A stretch of 25,656 bases of DNA from Cystobasidiomycetes sp. EMM_F5 (GCA_051047955.1 JBPGPT010000026.1:186001-211656); one strand, 5' to 3'; counted from the stretch's first letter, positions 1 through 13,145 are shown. A program made the numbers and translations. Notes: generated by a model not told the origin, from the letters alone.

Positions 1-531
1 TCGGAGTCTTCTGATCAGGACTACGACTTGCACGCCGACTCGAGAAGGTCAAGGGAGGTATCGCCCGCCTTTTCCGAGGCAGATGTAACAGATCTCCTAC
101 AGGAGGGCGACTATCGAGATCTGACACCAATGCTCATCGCACACATGCAAGCGGGCAACGGCAGTAATTCTCCAATGACACGACAACGCTACAGATCCCT
201 GATGCCGGGAACGTTTGCCCAAAGCACATCCGAGACGGCGTTGACTACCGCGATTGCTATTCGGCGGCGAAAAGGCACATCGCCAGTACCGCCCATAGGC
301 AGCACAACGCAGAGGGATGTCTGGGACGACTCGACCTTCCAGACGTCGTCTCTGTGCGTAGTCTGCTGCACGGAACAGAGGAGCATCGTACTCTGGCCGT
401 GTCGCTGTCTGGCGCTTTGCAACGACTGTCGTTCCGAATTGGCGGCCCGCAGTACGATGGCCGGCGGGATGAACACATGTCCGTGCTGCCGCGCGACTGT
501 TCAGGGCTACTCTCGCATTCACATCCCGTAG
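1..531 (+). CDS. ASI3: C-terminal part of an Asi1/Asi3-like RING E3 ubiquitin ligase (5' end lies outside the window)
   Basis: Frame +1 is open from base 1 to TAG at 529-531. The C-terminal RING CVVC-x7-LWPCRCLALCNDCR-x2-L...CPCCRATVQGYSRIHIP matches the Asi1/Asi3-type 'WPCRC' RING variant, in which the usual His ligand is Cys. Confidence 0.75.
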   Translation, partial: SESSDQDYDLHADSRRSREVSPAFSEADVTDLLQEGDYRDLTPMLIAHMQAGNGSNSPMTRQRYRSLMPGTFAQSTSETALTTAIAIRRRKGTSPVPPIGSTTQRDVWDDSTFQTSSLCVVCCTEQRSIVLWPCRCLALCNDCRSELAARSTMAGGMNTCPCCRATVQGYSRIHIP

Positions 532-697
532 GAAGTGCAGCATATATTCCTGCTTGTATCGCTATTTGTTCCTAAAGACCGATCGTTGGCCTGTCATAAT
601 TTTATTCTATGCATTACACTTTCATTGCGAAACTGCCATCTCGCTGCTGCGTCTGCTTCTGTGTCCACCATTACAGAGCAGTATAAACCTGCCAGCC

Positions 698-3600
698 ATG
701 ACTTCTGCGCTGGCGAGGCAGTTGGCCAACATTGGCTCGCTCGATGCAGCGCGTTTGCAGAGCTCGTCGAGCAAATCTCGAGACTCGTTTCTCTTTCCAG
801 CGAGGCAGGCAGCGTCTCTGAGCACCAACGACGTCCACTCTCTCGGGCTGAATGGCTTCCTGGCACTCGCTGCAGACGACTCGCGGCTGGCGAAATTCGA
901 AAATCAGATATTTAGCGAAAAGGCAAAGACGACAGACCGGACCCTGCTCACCAAGGAGGAGGACGAAAAGCTCGACAGGATAATAAAGTCTCTCTTGAAC
1001 CACTTGGCCTCCCGCTTTCTCGTCAAGAATGCAGCAAAAGTGCTGGAATGGCTCATTCGGAGATTTAGGTTGGTCAATGCTGCAACCTTGCTTCACATTG
1101 CAGGCGCTCAGTGATTGTATCCTCCAGAGTCAATGAATTCAATGCTGAAGACCTCTTCCGGGTCATTTTGCCATATCACGAAACTCCACAATTTGCACAA
1201 ATGCTGCAGATCATAAAGCTCGAGTAGGTCCTAGGCTGCCAACTGGTAGCCATGTGCAATACCCTGACGCTCGCTGGTCTGTGTCTAGTGACGCCAAGTT
1301 TCAGGCATTCAGCGCAGTCAAGCAGGCCCTGCAGCCCTTACCGCGTTTGCACCTGATTACGGCCATGAGAAAATCGCCAGATTTGCTCCGTTTCATCGCG
1401 ACAATGATTAGGCCCGCCCTAGCCGACGCAACTATTTATCCTTCTCTGATAACATTCTGGACTAGCAGCCTGGTCGGGTACCTCGATGCCATTCAACGCA
1501 TCGATGAAGGTGTTATGGCGATATTGCTGCCAACCCTGGTTGACACGCTACAGGCGCGCAACGAGGACGTTCTCCTCGCCGGCCTCATCGTACTCAGTCG
1601 CATGGTAGCCAAAGTACAACTCGCCAGCGATGCCGTCGAGCTCTTCATGACGTGCATTGTTTCACGAAGAACAATGGACCAGAGTCCGGAAACGGTTGAA
1701 GCATGCATCACTGCGCTCATCGTCTTGGTGGAGTCGCAGTCAAATTCCTCGGACATTCCAACAAAAGTGCTCACTGCGTTTATTCGAACAAAGCACGCAC
1801 AGACTGCTTTGACCGAATTGTCAAAGTCCTATTCGGCAAGTCGACTCCTACAGATCTTGTTCCGATCACTGGCCATAGCAGCCGAGGACGACGAAGCTGC
1901 AGCTACAGTTCTGATGGACACGCTGGGTTTCGCTGGGTGTCCCGATCAGATGGTGAATACGGGACTGTCGAGTCTCATAGACTGCTATATCACCTCGGAG
2001 ACAGCCCGTCCGGTTATACTTCGCGTGCTCAATGCCATGTCTCAGCACTCTCCGCAACAATACCACGCAGCTTGTGCCGCTCGCCTTTCGGACGGCAATC
2101 ATGAGACAGTTGCATCTATCAAACAGCTCCAGTCAGCTGTAGCAGGAGTGAGTGACATTCCTTCGCGGCAGGCACGATTAGGACTTATTTGTAATCTTAC
2201 AGTACGGTTTATTCGGTATGTCTCGACCTGACGACACCGACATCGCAGTACGGCTCAATTCCAGCGAAGAGGAAGCTCGAGCAGAAGCACTCCGCCAGCT
2301 GCTCAGTGCGTGCGTCAACGAGACTACCGACGAGGTCTCTGCTGTTCTTTGCGATAAAATCGTAGACCGGCTGCGCGATCATTCGGTAGCCGTCACTGCC
2401 GCTCTATTCTCGCAAGATGGTCGTCAAACCCTTCACAAAGTTGCTGTGCAAGCGCCTGAAGCTGTATACGATGCGTGTCTCTACGTGATATCGAGTTCCG
2501 AAGCTCCTCGGTCGTCTATACTGGCACGGATGGCTTTTCTCAGCAATGATTTCCTTCTCTTGCACACTGCCGCCGGCGTGTCAGACTGGCGCCATCAGAT
2601 ACTATACGAAGTCATATGGCCAAGAATCATGGCCACAAAGGCCAATTATAAGCTATGGACCGGGGTTTGGGACATTCTAGATGAATGTTATTGCAACTTT
2701 CCTCTACTCGCAGGCTGTGAAGGCATTCCGCGTGGCAAGGGACTAGAGGCTGCACGCAGTTTCAATGACGCTTTGACGTCCCAAATTGCTGCAAACATAC
2801 AGCAGGACGAGACGGATGCGCAGGATCGAGTACAACAAACTGTGTTGGACCACCTACAGGATATCTCGGAAGTTGCGATGAGTGCAAGGATATTGAGCGG
2901 TCTGCTAGCAGAGCGTCTTGTGCGCGTGCGACCCAGCGTCCAGTTTGTACACAGCATACTGAAACTCGAGTATGCCGGTCATCACATTGTCGAGAACCTT
3001 GACGATACGTCAGAGTCTCAGTCAATGACGCACATACTCGATGCCGCGTACAGCAAATCGGCCTCCGGCAATACATTGACGAAGCTGCTCACGACGCTTA
3101 CTTCTATAGCGATCGTTTCGCTCTCGATCCCGCCGAAGCAGCGTTGTGTCTGGCTCGCCAACAGACGATATGACACGCCAGATCAAGCAATATCCCGCGC
3201 TGCTGCTCTGGCAGTGTATCACAAGCTGCATCAAGTCGGCCTATCAAAGAAGGTGACTACGGCGGCTTGGCAGAACTTTATTCAGCGAGTCGTCCGGTCA
3301 GATTCTCTAGCTTTTTTTGCATCCATCTTTACAACAGAGCAGGCGCCACTCACGCTCCGCCTGGAGGCGTTGAAGGACACGTTAGCCTACCTGGAAGCGA
3401 GCAGATCTGCTGAAGGCGCGAAGCGAGACAACGATTATCAAACAATCCTGCCGTTCGTCCTCCTTGCCCTGACTAGTGACGATCGAAGCATCAGAGAAGG
3501 AGCTCTCGAGATCGTGCACGGTATACTGCAATCGGCAAAGCAGGTAAAGCAGTCCCAAAGCGCCCAGCGCATATACGCATTTGATGGCATATATGGTCAT

Positions 3601-6600
3601 CAAGCCAGCAGTACGTTCTTACCTGGCCTTGCTGTTCATGGTGACTAATGCCATAATTCTCGCAGAAGGTCTACAGTACCTCAGCGTCGAGCAGTTGTGC
3701 AAGTATGCACAAGCTATTATTGACGCGAAAACGCAGATTCTCCTGGATCCTGGACATTTGAAGACAGTTCATACCAGCGATTTGGAAGACAAGACAGCGA
3801 AGAAGAGACTCGCAGTCTCTGACGCAGTCATACAATACATTGCATCCCATGCTACTGCTTGTGCAAATCTTCGCGCGTCAAGCACGCTGCTGTCGCTTGT
3901 CGCGGAATTGGGTCGACCCAGCGTCAAATTGCTTGCTTTTCTGCCCATGTTGAAGTCTTCGCAATCGGAACATGTCCTCGATACAGGTCATGCATCAGTC
4001 TCACAGTACGCGTATAACCTCGCCTCTGTGTTACGAAATATTCCCCGATCTGGTCTTACAGCCGACGTGTTTGATACCGTGGTCACGATCTTGCAATCAA
4101 ATACCACCAATGGTAGGATGCAGTGGTTTACATTTCGACTATGAGAGCTGATACAAGTCTATAGAGTACGCAGTGGCCGTCAGGAACGCTGTACGCGCCG
4201 CTATCAGCAGCGCGGCCTTTTCGCATTTTTCCGTTCAACAGCAATGCGATATATTGGCTGTACTCGTCAGAGTGGGCATAGCTGGGAACAACGTATGTTG
4301 GGAAACAAATCTCCATGTATCCAGGCTGACTGGACCGCGGGCAATAAATAGGAGGATATGATTGATAGCAAGGCAGCTTTGCGCAGACTTCAGCCAGAGG
4401 GCGAAACGGCTGCTTTATATCTGGAATCCCTACTCGTGCCGCTTTCACAGCAAGATGTGCACGCGAAAAGGGCCAAAGCGCAACAAGGGTACGTGCATTA
4501 CTTTTCGAATCCTACAAGATGCACATCAAGACTCCGACACTGACCCGGTTTTTATGCCATTGCAATAGACACACCACGACTCTCGGTACACTAAAGGCGT
4601 TAACATGCTTCTTCGAGAATGTGACGAGTGACCATCTGGCGCCGACGTCAGCTCTATTGGCCGTCATTCTCGATATTCTGGCCGTCATTGTCGAAATGCA
4701 GGCTGCGTTGCAGCCAGAAAGTCCATATATAGCACAGCTATTGATGAATGCCCTTGGCACGGTTGCTATACGGGCTGCAGTGAGTTCGTCTTTATACTCG
4801 ACCGCACACATCTGATGTCTGGCCAGGATCAGTCCGTGCGCGTCGACGACAGAGTTCGCATAAGTCCGGTACTAGAAATGCTACGCGGTAGGCTACTTCT
4901 TCTTGGTCTGCAGAAGATAGACTAGCTGACCAATCCCGCAGTCTCTCAAAATCAGCAAAGTGCCAATCAAGCCCTGAACCTCATCGCCGACCTTGTCTAC
5001 CTGGCTCCTGAGCAGGTTGTACAGAACATAATGCCTATATTCACCTTCATGGGAACAAACATACTTCACAGGGATGACGCACACAGCTCCAGAGTCGTGG
5101 ATAAGGTATGTTCGGTAGTTTGATATCGGCGGATAATCGTCATTGAATGCGGTCAACAGACTATTGAACGTTTGCTGCCGGCGCTAATCAGATATCGCCG
5201 AAAGCGGTCTGCCAATGCGGCGAGTATGGTTGATGAACTTACGGACTTGTTGCGCCTCTTTGTGGAGGCGGCCAATCACGTACCTAAACATCGCCGGAAC
5301 CGGTACGTTACACGAGCTGTTCTATACTGGCACGTTATTTACTGTTCTGGACAGATTATTCGTTCACTTTGTGGAAGTCTTGGGACCGCGAGACTTCCTG
5401 GCGCCAGTGTGCCAATTGCTCCTGGATAAGGTCGCTGTTCGCTATATGAAAAGCAAAGACATTGCACTGCTGGAACTGCCTGCAGGTGTCATGGCGGCAT
5501 TTCCAGCCAACATGCAGACATCGGTCAGTATCACCTAAATGCTCACACCTGTTCGTGGCATGTATGCTAAAATGTATGCATTGCAGGCCCTCAATCATAT
5601 TATGGGTGAACAGATCAAGCGTATCGATATGCTCAATGTCGATGGTAGCGACACATCTCGTGCGAGCACCCCTGCCAGCACAGATAGTCCGGCTTTGCCT
5701 GTAGCCATCAGCCGAAGAACGATTTTGGCTTCTCTGGCTTTCATCGCATCTACTTTCGGTAATACAGCTTTCATCAGCAAATTTGATCAGGCTCGGACTG
5801 CGTCTAGCGAAGACCTGGAAGTGGAATTGCAACATCTCGTTAAATTGACGCTTGCAGTTCATACGACTACTCCAAACAGACTCAGCGAGCCAGACGTGCT
5901 AGTATTGAGATCAGGTTGCGATCAAGTAGTTCTTCATGCTACTAGACTCTTGCCTACGAGCATGCTGGCAGACTTGGTCAGAGGGCTACTGGAATCGAAT
6001 CCTGTAAGTTCTGACACAAGTTCGGATACGTGATACCTGCTTATCGTTACATATCAGCTCATTCAAGTTGCAATTGGGCTATTGCATTCAAGATTACTCA
6101 ACGCCAAAATGCTCAGAAGGGCAGAGCTCGCAGATGTCCTCATACAAGCCATGGAGTGCCTTCGCAGCAGGTACACCCAGTCGGTCGGCAAAGCAGAAAG
6201 ATCCAATGTCCTCCGATATATGCGGATGTTGGCTGCTCATTGCGAAGGTTCCGAATTGACCGCTTTGTCTGCTGCTGTGCGAGATGTCTTGAATGGTTTG
6301 GACAAAGAGGAGGATCTATCGGTCCTTGCACATGCCGTCTCGTTTGCCGGAGAATCCATGTGCGTTCAGGATTGTTTTCATCTTTGTCATCGGCGACGTG
6401 GGACTGATCCTGCTTAATTGTTACGTCGCTCAGACCACGCATGGGCGCTCGGATCATACCGCATGTGTCGGCCATAATTAAACATAGCTTACATTCTATC
6501 AAAGTGGCAATACAAGCAACGGCGGTATCTCTAAAAATTCGTCGAGGAGCAATTGCTGCGGCTATATCAGCTTTGGAGGCGGTCGTCAGAGGGGCGCCGA

Positions 6601-7872
6601 CCTTTGTCACCCCGCAGATCCCGGCTCTATTGCAGCTGGCTACCGATATTGACATAATAGCATTCCAGGAAGCTGGCGCAGACGACAAGATCAGCACTGT
6701 TCGAACGCAGCTAATCTCTGCCATTACGAAACACATAGGCAGTGGCTTGCTGTTCAGTGCCATCCATCGTCACTGGCTACAGATTGAGCAAACAACGCTT
6801 GCGGTAGGTCAAAAAACTACAGTACGTCAATTGCGCACTGACAATGTTTACCGGTCAGCCGATGATCGCAACGGTCGATCTACTGAGCAAGGCTATTAGA
6901 ACGCTCGGTTCCAGCGCTATAGGTGAAATCTATAAAACTGCATTCCAAACCATGCTTGCGATGTTTGATGTCCGATCAAAAGACAGCATTGCAACAGAGG
7001 TTCGTTTAATGCATCTTTACGCCCATGAGTAGTCATTTTGCTGACTATGAGGTTCCTAGGATGTTGTTCTTCTGGAGAAAACCGTTATAACCTCTTTCAT
7101 GCACATGGTGCTCAAGCTCAACGAGGGAACGTTTCGTCCACTCTTTTTGCGCCTCTACGACTGGGCGACTGTGGAAACAGAACCAAACACGGACCCGCAC
7201 TTCTCGCGAAATACCGTCCTCTTCTCTATAATGGATCGTATGCTAGCACAGTTGAAGGTATGGCTTGAGATTCGATCGCATGTTTTTGCCTGACGCCCGT
7301 TGAATCGTCAGAGTATCGCCATTCCCTACTACACCTACCTGCTTGACCAAGTCGCCGGTCTTCTGGGCCACGCTGATGCCCCACCTGGTCTGCAGCGTGT
7401 TATTGTGACATCGCTACGACGAGCTTTCGAGCATGACGAGAATGGCTTCTGGACAGCACCGCGTTTGAGCAAAATCTTACCGTCCCTTGTCTTCTATACC
7501 TGTCACTCAACACCGTCGCAAGCTCTCGACATTGAAAATAGGCGTGCCGTTTTGGTGGCCGCTGCGCTGGCTGCGGAAGAGCAGGAAAATACTCTACACG
7601 CACTGCTGCGAGCACTGCTAGACGCGACGCGTTCTGATCTGGAAAGTACCCAATTGGCGGCAGTAGATGGTCTCCTCAGCCTATGGCAATCCCAGTCGCA
7701 AGCAGCGCTAGCCGCTTACAGTGCAGAGAGCATGCCATTCCTCGTGGAATTGCTCGAGGTCGGCGGCGAAGTCGCAACTACTACAAAACAGCTTCTACAG
7801 ATAATGAATGCTGATGATGTCGAAAGCTCAGCTGGTACCTCAGAAAGTGATGTAGATATGGATGAAGATTAG
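698..7872 (+). CDS. UTP10: U3 snoRNA-associated protein 10 (HEATR1), t-UTP/SSU processome subunit, about 2060 aa
   Basis: Hand-spliced exons: 698-1068, 1128-1223, 1289-2147, 2203-3610, 3666-4112, 4165-4292, 4352-4488, 4569-4779, 4827-4887, 4942-5105, 5160-5302, 5355-5523, 5587-6003, 6058-6359, 6434-6803, 6859-6999, 7060-7257, 7312-7872. Total is 6183 nt, in frame, with all introns GT-AG. Hallmark motifs: MTSALARQL, KVLEWLIRRFRVNEFN...LPYHETPQF, IMPIFTFMG...RDD, HVPKHRR, and BP28CT MVLKLNEGTFRPLFLRLYDWA. Confidence 0.95.
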
Positions 7873-7984
7873 GCTAAGGTTTACTCAGTCTAAGCATACT
7901 AGTCGAGCAACAACACAACACGTAGCTAGCTAAACATTGATCCGAATAGACATACCACTAAATAAATTCCACATTGAAACCACC

Positions 7985-10900
7985 TCATACCGCTGCGTTG
8001 TGCTGTGATGCCTGGGATATGGCCAATTGCACAATAGGCGATTCGATTTGAGGAGTTTGCGCAGACTTCGGTGTGGCTAAACCGCCTGTTGCATCCTCAA
8101 CCAGTGAATTGATGAGGTCATCATCGATATCGACATCCATATCATTACCTTCGTCGTCTTCGGCTTGCGTTGTACTGGCAGGCGTTTCGGGAGTGCTTAT
8201 GACTGTGTCGGTGCTCTTGGCGTGTCTGTGATGGCGATGCGAGGATTGCTGCCGCTCTGCGTCCTTATCTCTGTACCGAGAGGAGGAGGTGGAAGCAGAA
8301 GACACCTTAATGCCTTTGCGGGCAAGGAGCTGAGCGCAAAATCAGCGACCAATATAGAGATCTGCATGCAGAAGAAGACCTACTTTGCCGACCCACTCCT
8401 TCACGTACTCCTTAATTTTGCCTTCTGACTTTTTATCGAGCGCATCATACGTTTCCGTGGAATAATGAGGACGCTTCTTTTCTTTGTCGCAAAGAGTCTC
8501 GCACACCTCCTTTGCTCTCCGTTTGAATTGCTCGGATTCAAAATGTTGTTTATACTTACTCATGGTCCTGACAACGATGGTGCTGAACAGCCGGTACATC
8601 TTCTTCTCTTTGGACGCGTTTTCCTTTTGCAGTCGCTTTTGTCGACGAGCGTCAGCTTGAGCTTCTGCCAAAGCTGCAGCATTTGCTGCCTCAAGAGCAG
8701 CCTTTGCTTCGGCTTCCGCCCTAACTCGGCTGATGATGTCGTTGACGTCCACAACCTGTGCTTCGCGATGTTTGTTGGCTTCCCGCAACTGAACAGCCGG
8801 AGAAGGAACAATCGGCGAAACCATGCCAGTGAGAAGCGATATGTACTGTATTCCACCTTCTACTCCGCTTCCTGGGTCAATAAAGTCTATGCGCCATCCA
8901 TCTGGAGCAGGTGTGATGCGCGGTTTTGGTTTTGATGTGTTGGAGTTCTGTGCGACTATTGCCTCTGGTTTGATAAAAGCAGGTAGATTCAGACTCTCGT
9001 CAAGGTCGTCTTTCTCCACCTTGGCACGGTTGTTGTATAGTGATGTTGTAGCAAACTCGGCTTGGTACTGCGCTAACGACTCCTGCGATTCAGTCGCATT
9101 CCTAGTACCTTTGGGTATCCGATACCCCATTTCCAGCGCCTGCCACATCTCTAGCAGTTGTTGGGCAGATTCTTCGACAGCTGCATCAGTACTATGGGAC
9201 AGATCGGTGATCTTGGCCTCGATGTTGGTAGACATAAGCTTGTTACGGGTGATGAGGGGCCATTGCTTGAGGATGCCAATGACATCAAGTGTTATCTCCT
9301 TGTCTGCCGCGTAATCATGCAATATCGTGCTCATCATGTTGAAGCCGTGCAGCCGCATCAGTTGTCGTTGCACAGCTGCTTCTTGTGTCATTAGAATACG
9401 GGCTAACAGCTTTGTCAGGATTGATCGATTTGAAGCGTATTGTCTGCAAGCCAGCGCGACCTTCTGCGCGTATTCAATGGCTATAGGCGTGAGGTCCGGC
9501 TGTACCAGGCGTCAGCAAAGGCGGTGAAACACGGGATCCGTCAAGCTCACATTGAAGTCTTCATCCAATTTCTTGGATTTCTTCTTTTTGGAACCTTTCA
9601 ATTTGCCCTTGTCCACCTCGTCCGTGATGCCGAGCGCTTCGTATGGCATACTGTTAGTTGAAATAGGAGTGGGTATGTATCGATTACTCACCATCAAGCA
9701 GCAGATCGTCCATTCCGTCTACATCTGTCTGCGTCTTACCGCCGATGAAGCCCACACAGTTGGGTTCGCCGCAGAAGCATTCCTGTGCTTCGTGTCCATA
9801 TCGATCAACATTATAATTGAAGGTGAGTTCTTCGTTTGCGAATATCTTGCGTTTTGTGAAGATTCCCATTCGCAAACGCCGTCCAACAACCCATTTTGCT
9901 ACATAGCAATTTGGTGCACAGGAGTGATTCAGAAAGCGTCCCTTGCCTCCTCGCTTTGTGGCATCAATAAACTATGGGAAGATGTCGGACAGAGTGCTTT
10001 GCAACCTCATGCAAACAGCCTACCTCGTCCTTTTGCAGCATCATGAAATAGAAATGCCGCACGCCTTCGTCGAAGTAGTCCTTCATGCGTTTTTGAAAAG
10101 GCTTCTCGCTGATTATGTCGCCTAGATACTCAATGACGAAAGCGTCTCTGTTTAGTGTGTCAGATAGTGTGCCGTAAAGACTGTCAAGCGTTCACGGTTC
10201 AAACCCACCTCGGCATATCTTCCCTCGCACGAACTCCAAACCCCTTCTTCTCGGTAAGCACGATATCGAACGGCGCATACTCGTACCGCTGAAACCTAGA
10301 AGGATATATGACCATCAGCAGGCAGCACGGCGGAGTGCCAACGCGTTGAAACGACTCACCGCTGATTTAGACAATGGGATTTACATCGGCAGTCAGACTT
10401 GAGACACTCTGTCTGCGTTAGGCGATTGATACAATTGCTGCCGCATGCACTGTCGGGATCGTCTGGAAGACAGTCAAATTCGCCACATTAACCTCCTTGC
10501 CGCGAACAAGGCTCTGGATAGACTGACCTGGCCTGTAGATACATTCGCATTGCATTGAATCTTCTTGCTGGTGAGCGAGACCAATTTGCTTGTTCTGATA
10601 CCAGTTGTCTTTGAGCTCCTCGAAAGTATTCAGCGCCTACAAACGGCAGCAAGCCATACATGACAACCGTGGTGAGATGCAGTGCGCGCAGCTACAGCTT
10701 TCGGCGGAACTTACCTCTCTCTCTGAGATAGGTAAATGCTCTATCGACATAGGTTGACCGGGCTTTCTGAGCTTCAGCTGCTCCCGCTTAAGATCCTCTT
10801 CGTCTGAGTCACTTTCAGATTTCGGCGAGGCTGATCTGCCTTTACTAGACCCGGGACTGTGCCTCCCCAGCTTACTACTACCCGCCTCTGGCATGACTGA

Positions 10901-11311
10901 CTTCTTGTCGTCGTCCATTTCGAAATTGAGGTATCGATCAACGTCGGGCTGCGGTTTAGGCGGTACAGCTATCGAGGAGGTTTTGACGGTGTGTGCGGAG
11001 GCAGAGCTTGTCGACAATCGGTCGATATGATCCAGCGGCTCGCTTTTTACTATATTTGTGTCCGTTGAGCTCATCTCGGATGCGTCTGTTTTCAATCCTA
11101 CTCCGTTTATTGGTTTAAATGGAAACGAGCCATTCAATCCGCTGTCGGCGTGCGGCGGACCGCCATTCATTGTCACGGACGGCCCACCCATGGCTTCATG
11201 GTATCGAGAGCTGCCGTCCTGATAGGCTTCTTTTATGTCGTTGAATATCGCTTCGTTCTGTTTTGAGGCGCTGGCGGTCGAGTGGGAGTGTCCGTGATAG
11301 CTTGCCTGCAT
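7985..11311 (-). CDS. SET2: Histone H3K36 methyltransferase Set2 (AWS-SET-postSET, degenerate WW, SRI), about 948 aa
   Basis: Exons on the minus strand: 11311-10715, 10636-10528, 10462-10360, 10295-10209, 10147-10024, 9971-9692, 9636-9551, 9499-8384, 8329-7985 (2847 nt, in frame). AWS: CEC...[15 protein letters not shown]...[18 protein letters not shown]...YFMML...[21 protein letters not shown]...EELTFNY. Post-[24 protein letters not shown]-like: [13 protein letters not shown]...[18 protein letters not shown]. Confidence 0.95.
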
Positions 11312-11963
11312 CACTACTAGCGCAGCAGGCAGCTCAGGGAAACGACTACTCAAACCCTATTCTTTGCCCGTCGTAGGAGTACTATACACGAAGAGCTTTC
11401 CGGACGGATGGACAGCTGGCGATGGTAGCTCAACAAAGCGCTCCCTGCCTCAAGGCGGGTCCCTCGTACGGTCCTGAGCGATTGCAAATCAGTCTCAGGA
11501 TATCCAGATATTTCAACAGAGGACTGACCGTCAGCTCACTTTGCGCTCGGAGTGTACGTTCTTCCAAGCACTACAATATCGAAACAGCCAGAAGTGGGGA
11601 AGAGCGATACTCGTAGTGCGTTCGAGCGGGCTAGAATAAACAGTGAGCCCAGCAGGCAGTATGCAGCAGGTTTCTCGATAAACGGGTTGGAGTGAAACCA
11701 ATACTTCGCCACCAAAACAGACTGCAATATGTTAAAAGGCGAAAAGTCGCAAACGAGTCGAGCCTAGGGCACAACAGACATGAGAGCATTGATATCTACA
11801 GACCATATTTCTGCTTTTGCAAATGGTCGAAGAATGTACGAACCAGTTTGGGAAAGCAAATAAATACTAAGTGAATATGTATCTTTTGTTGAGGCTGATG
11901 CCGCACAAAGCAGGTTCTGGGTACGTACTCATAGCAGCCGTAACTTCTGCTAGATATCGAAGA

Positions 11964-13047
11964 CTAAGCCGAGGCACTGGACGAAGCGGCAGGGACGAGC
12001 GAAGCAGTTGATGACGCGGAGGCACCGAACGTAACGTTCGAAGGGGCGGGGATGGCCGTGTAGGGCCTAGTGGCACCGGTCAGAGTATATGCGGTACTCA
12101 CGAGTACCTGCGTGCCGCTGAGGATGACCTCTTGACAGCTGGCTAGTGTAGAGTTGGTCGTTCCGTTTTGCGCAAGAATTTGACACATGGCCAAATCTGT
12201 TGTAAGGGATAGCACACTTATCAGCACATAAGGAATTTTCGCGTAGTAACGGCAGCAGTACCAGATAAACCGTTGTATCGGATATTCTCAGCGATAGCAG
12301 ATGGACCCAGAACCAGATCGTCCGTGATGGTCGCTGTGACTGTTGCATTGGCTGCAGCCAGAGTCGTAGTGACGACTGCTTCAATAGTCGTATTGACGCC
12401 GCCAGTAGACTGGATCAAGTACGTTCGATTGACTGACGACAGTACATTTGGTCGGAAAGCCGAGATTGTAACGGGCGCTGTTCCAGTAACTCGGGCAGCT
12501 GATGCTCCAGCACCTGATGTGACGCTTGATGCCGGGGCCGACGACGATCCTGGTCCAGAAGACGATGACGAAGCAGCTGCCGAAGAGCCAGATCCACCGG
12601 TGAGAGCGCTGCAACTGTAGTATTCTTTAGAAGAGGATCAAACGCCATGCGAAGAAGCTACTTACGCATCGATGAGCTGCTGAACTTGTTGCTGCTGCGA
12701 GGTAGAGATGCTTGCGCAGCTGACGCAAGCCTGAACACTGCTGAGGAAGCCGGAAGAAGAGCAGATGCATGAGACTGTAATATATCGGCTTAATGTGAGT
12801 ACCGCGAAAGTATCGCACGCTCGTAAGGAATTTCACACACCTTGCTGGGCTGCTGGCTGACTCTGGCAAGTTGTTGCAGCAGTGACGACAGATTGACAGG
12901 ACGATATGCAGTCACCTGTACGCGTACCGTCAGCTTTGGCCGCGACTAGCGACCTCTTCACGACGCACTGGAAGCTTGTGGTACTGGAGTTGCCAAGACC
13001 TGAACGGCTGCGAAAGCGACAAACGGCAGTATAGTGAGGCGATACAT
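11964..13047 (-). CDS. Secreted glycoprotein with an N-terminal 8-Cys CFEM-like domain, a Ser/Ala-rich linker and a C-terminal 2-Cys beta-rich region (about 280 aa)
   Basis: Exons on the minus strand: 13047-12969, 12915-12841, 12774-12666, 12614-12262 (the donor could instead follow 12271, same frame), 12196-11964. Signal-peptide-like start MYRLTILPFVAFAAVQVLA-TP. Then CISSC-x9-C-x10-CIC-x11-CVSC-x17-C. Sequons include NRT, NTT, NAT, NGT, NST and NVT. Confidence 0.8.
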
Positions 13048-13111
13048 GGTGAAGTTGGTAGATGTAGTTCGCTGAAGTATCAGAAAAGCCGGCTCCAACT
13101 GAGGAAGGGGA

Positions 13112-13145
13112 CAGAGGAGGAAGAAGAAGAAGAAAGAAAAAGAGA
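13112..13145 (-). promoter_or_regulatory. Pyrimidine-rich (CTT/CT) tract in the core promoter or 5' UTR of the CFEM-like gene
   Basis: The plus strand reads gaggaggaagaagaagaagaaagaaaaagaga, about 65-100 nt upstream of the minus-strand ATG at 13047. CT-rich tracts are common near fungal transcription starts. Confidence 0.4.

Noticed and set aside
554..7872. Many separate ORFs and apparent frameshifts across UTP10 (likewise SET2 and SGD1) suggesting pseudogenes or several genes
   Set aside because: All breaks are resolved by canonical short introns that give one continuous frame. The antisense ORFs are shadows of coding sequence.
11418..11490. GGTAGCTCAA resembling the start of a tRNA D-arm
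   Set aside because: There is no D-loop GG, no GTTCRA T-loop at the right distance and no closing acceptor stem.
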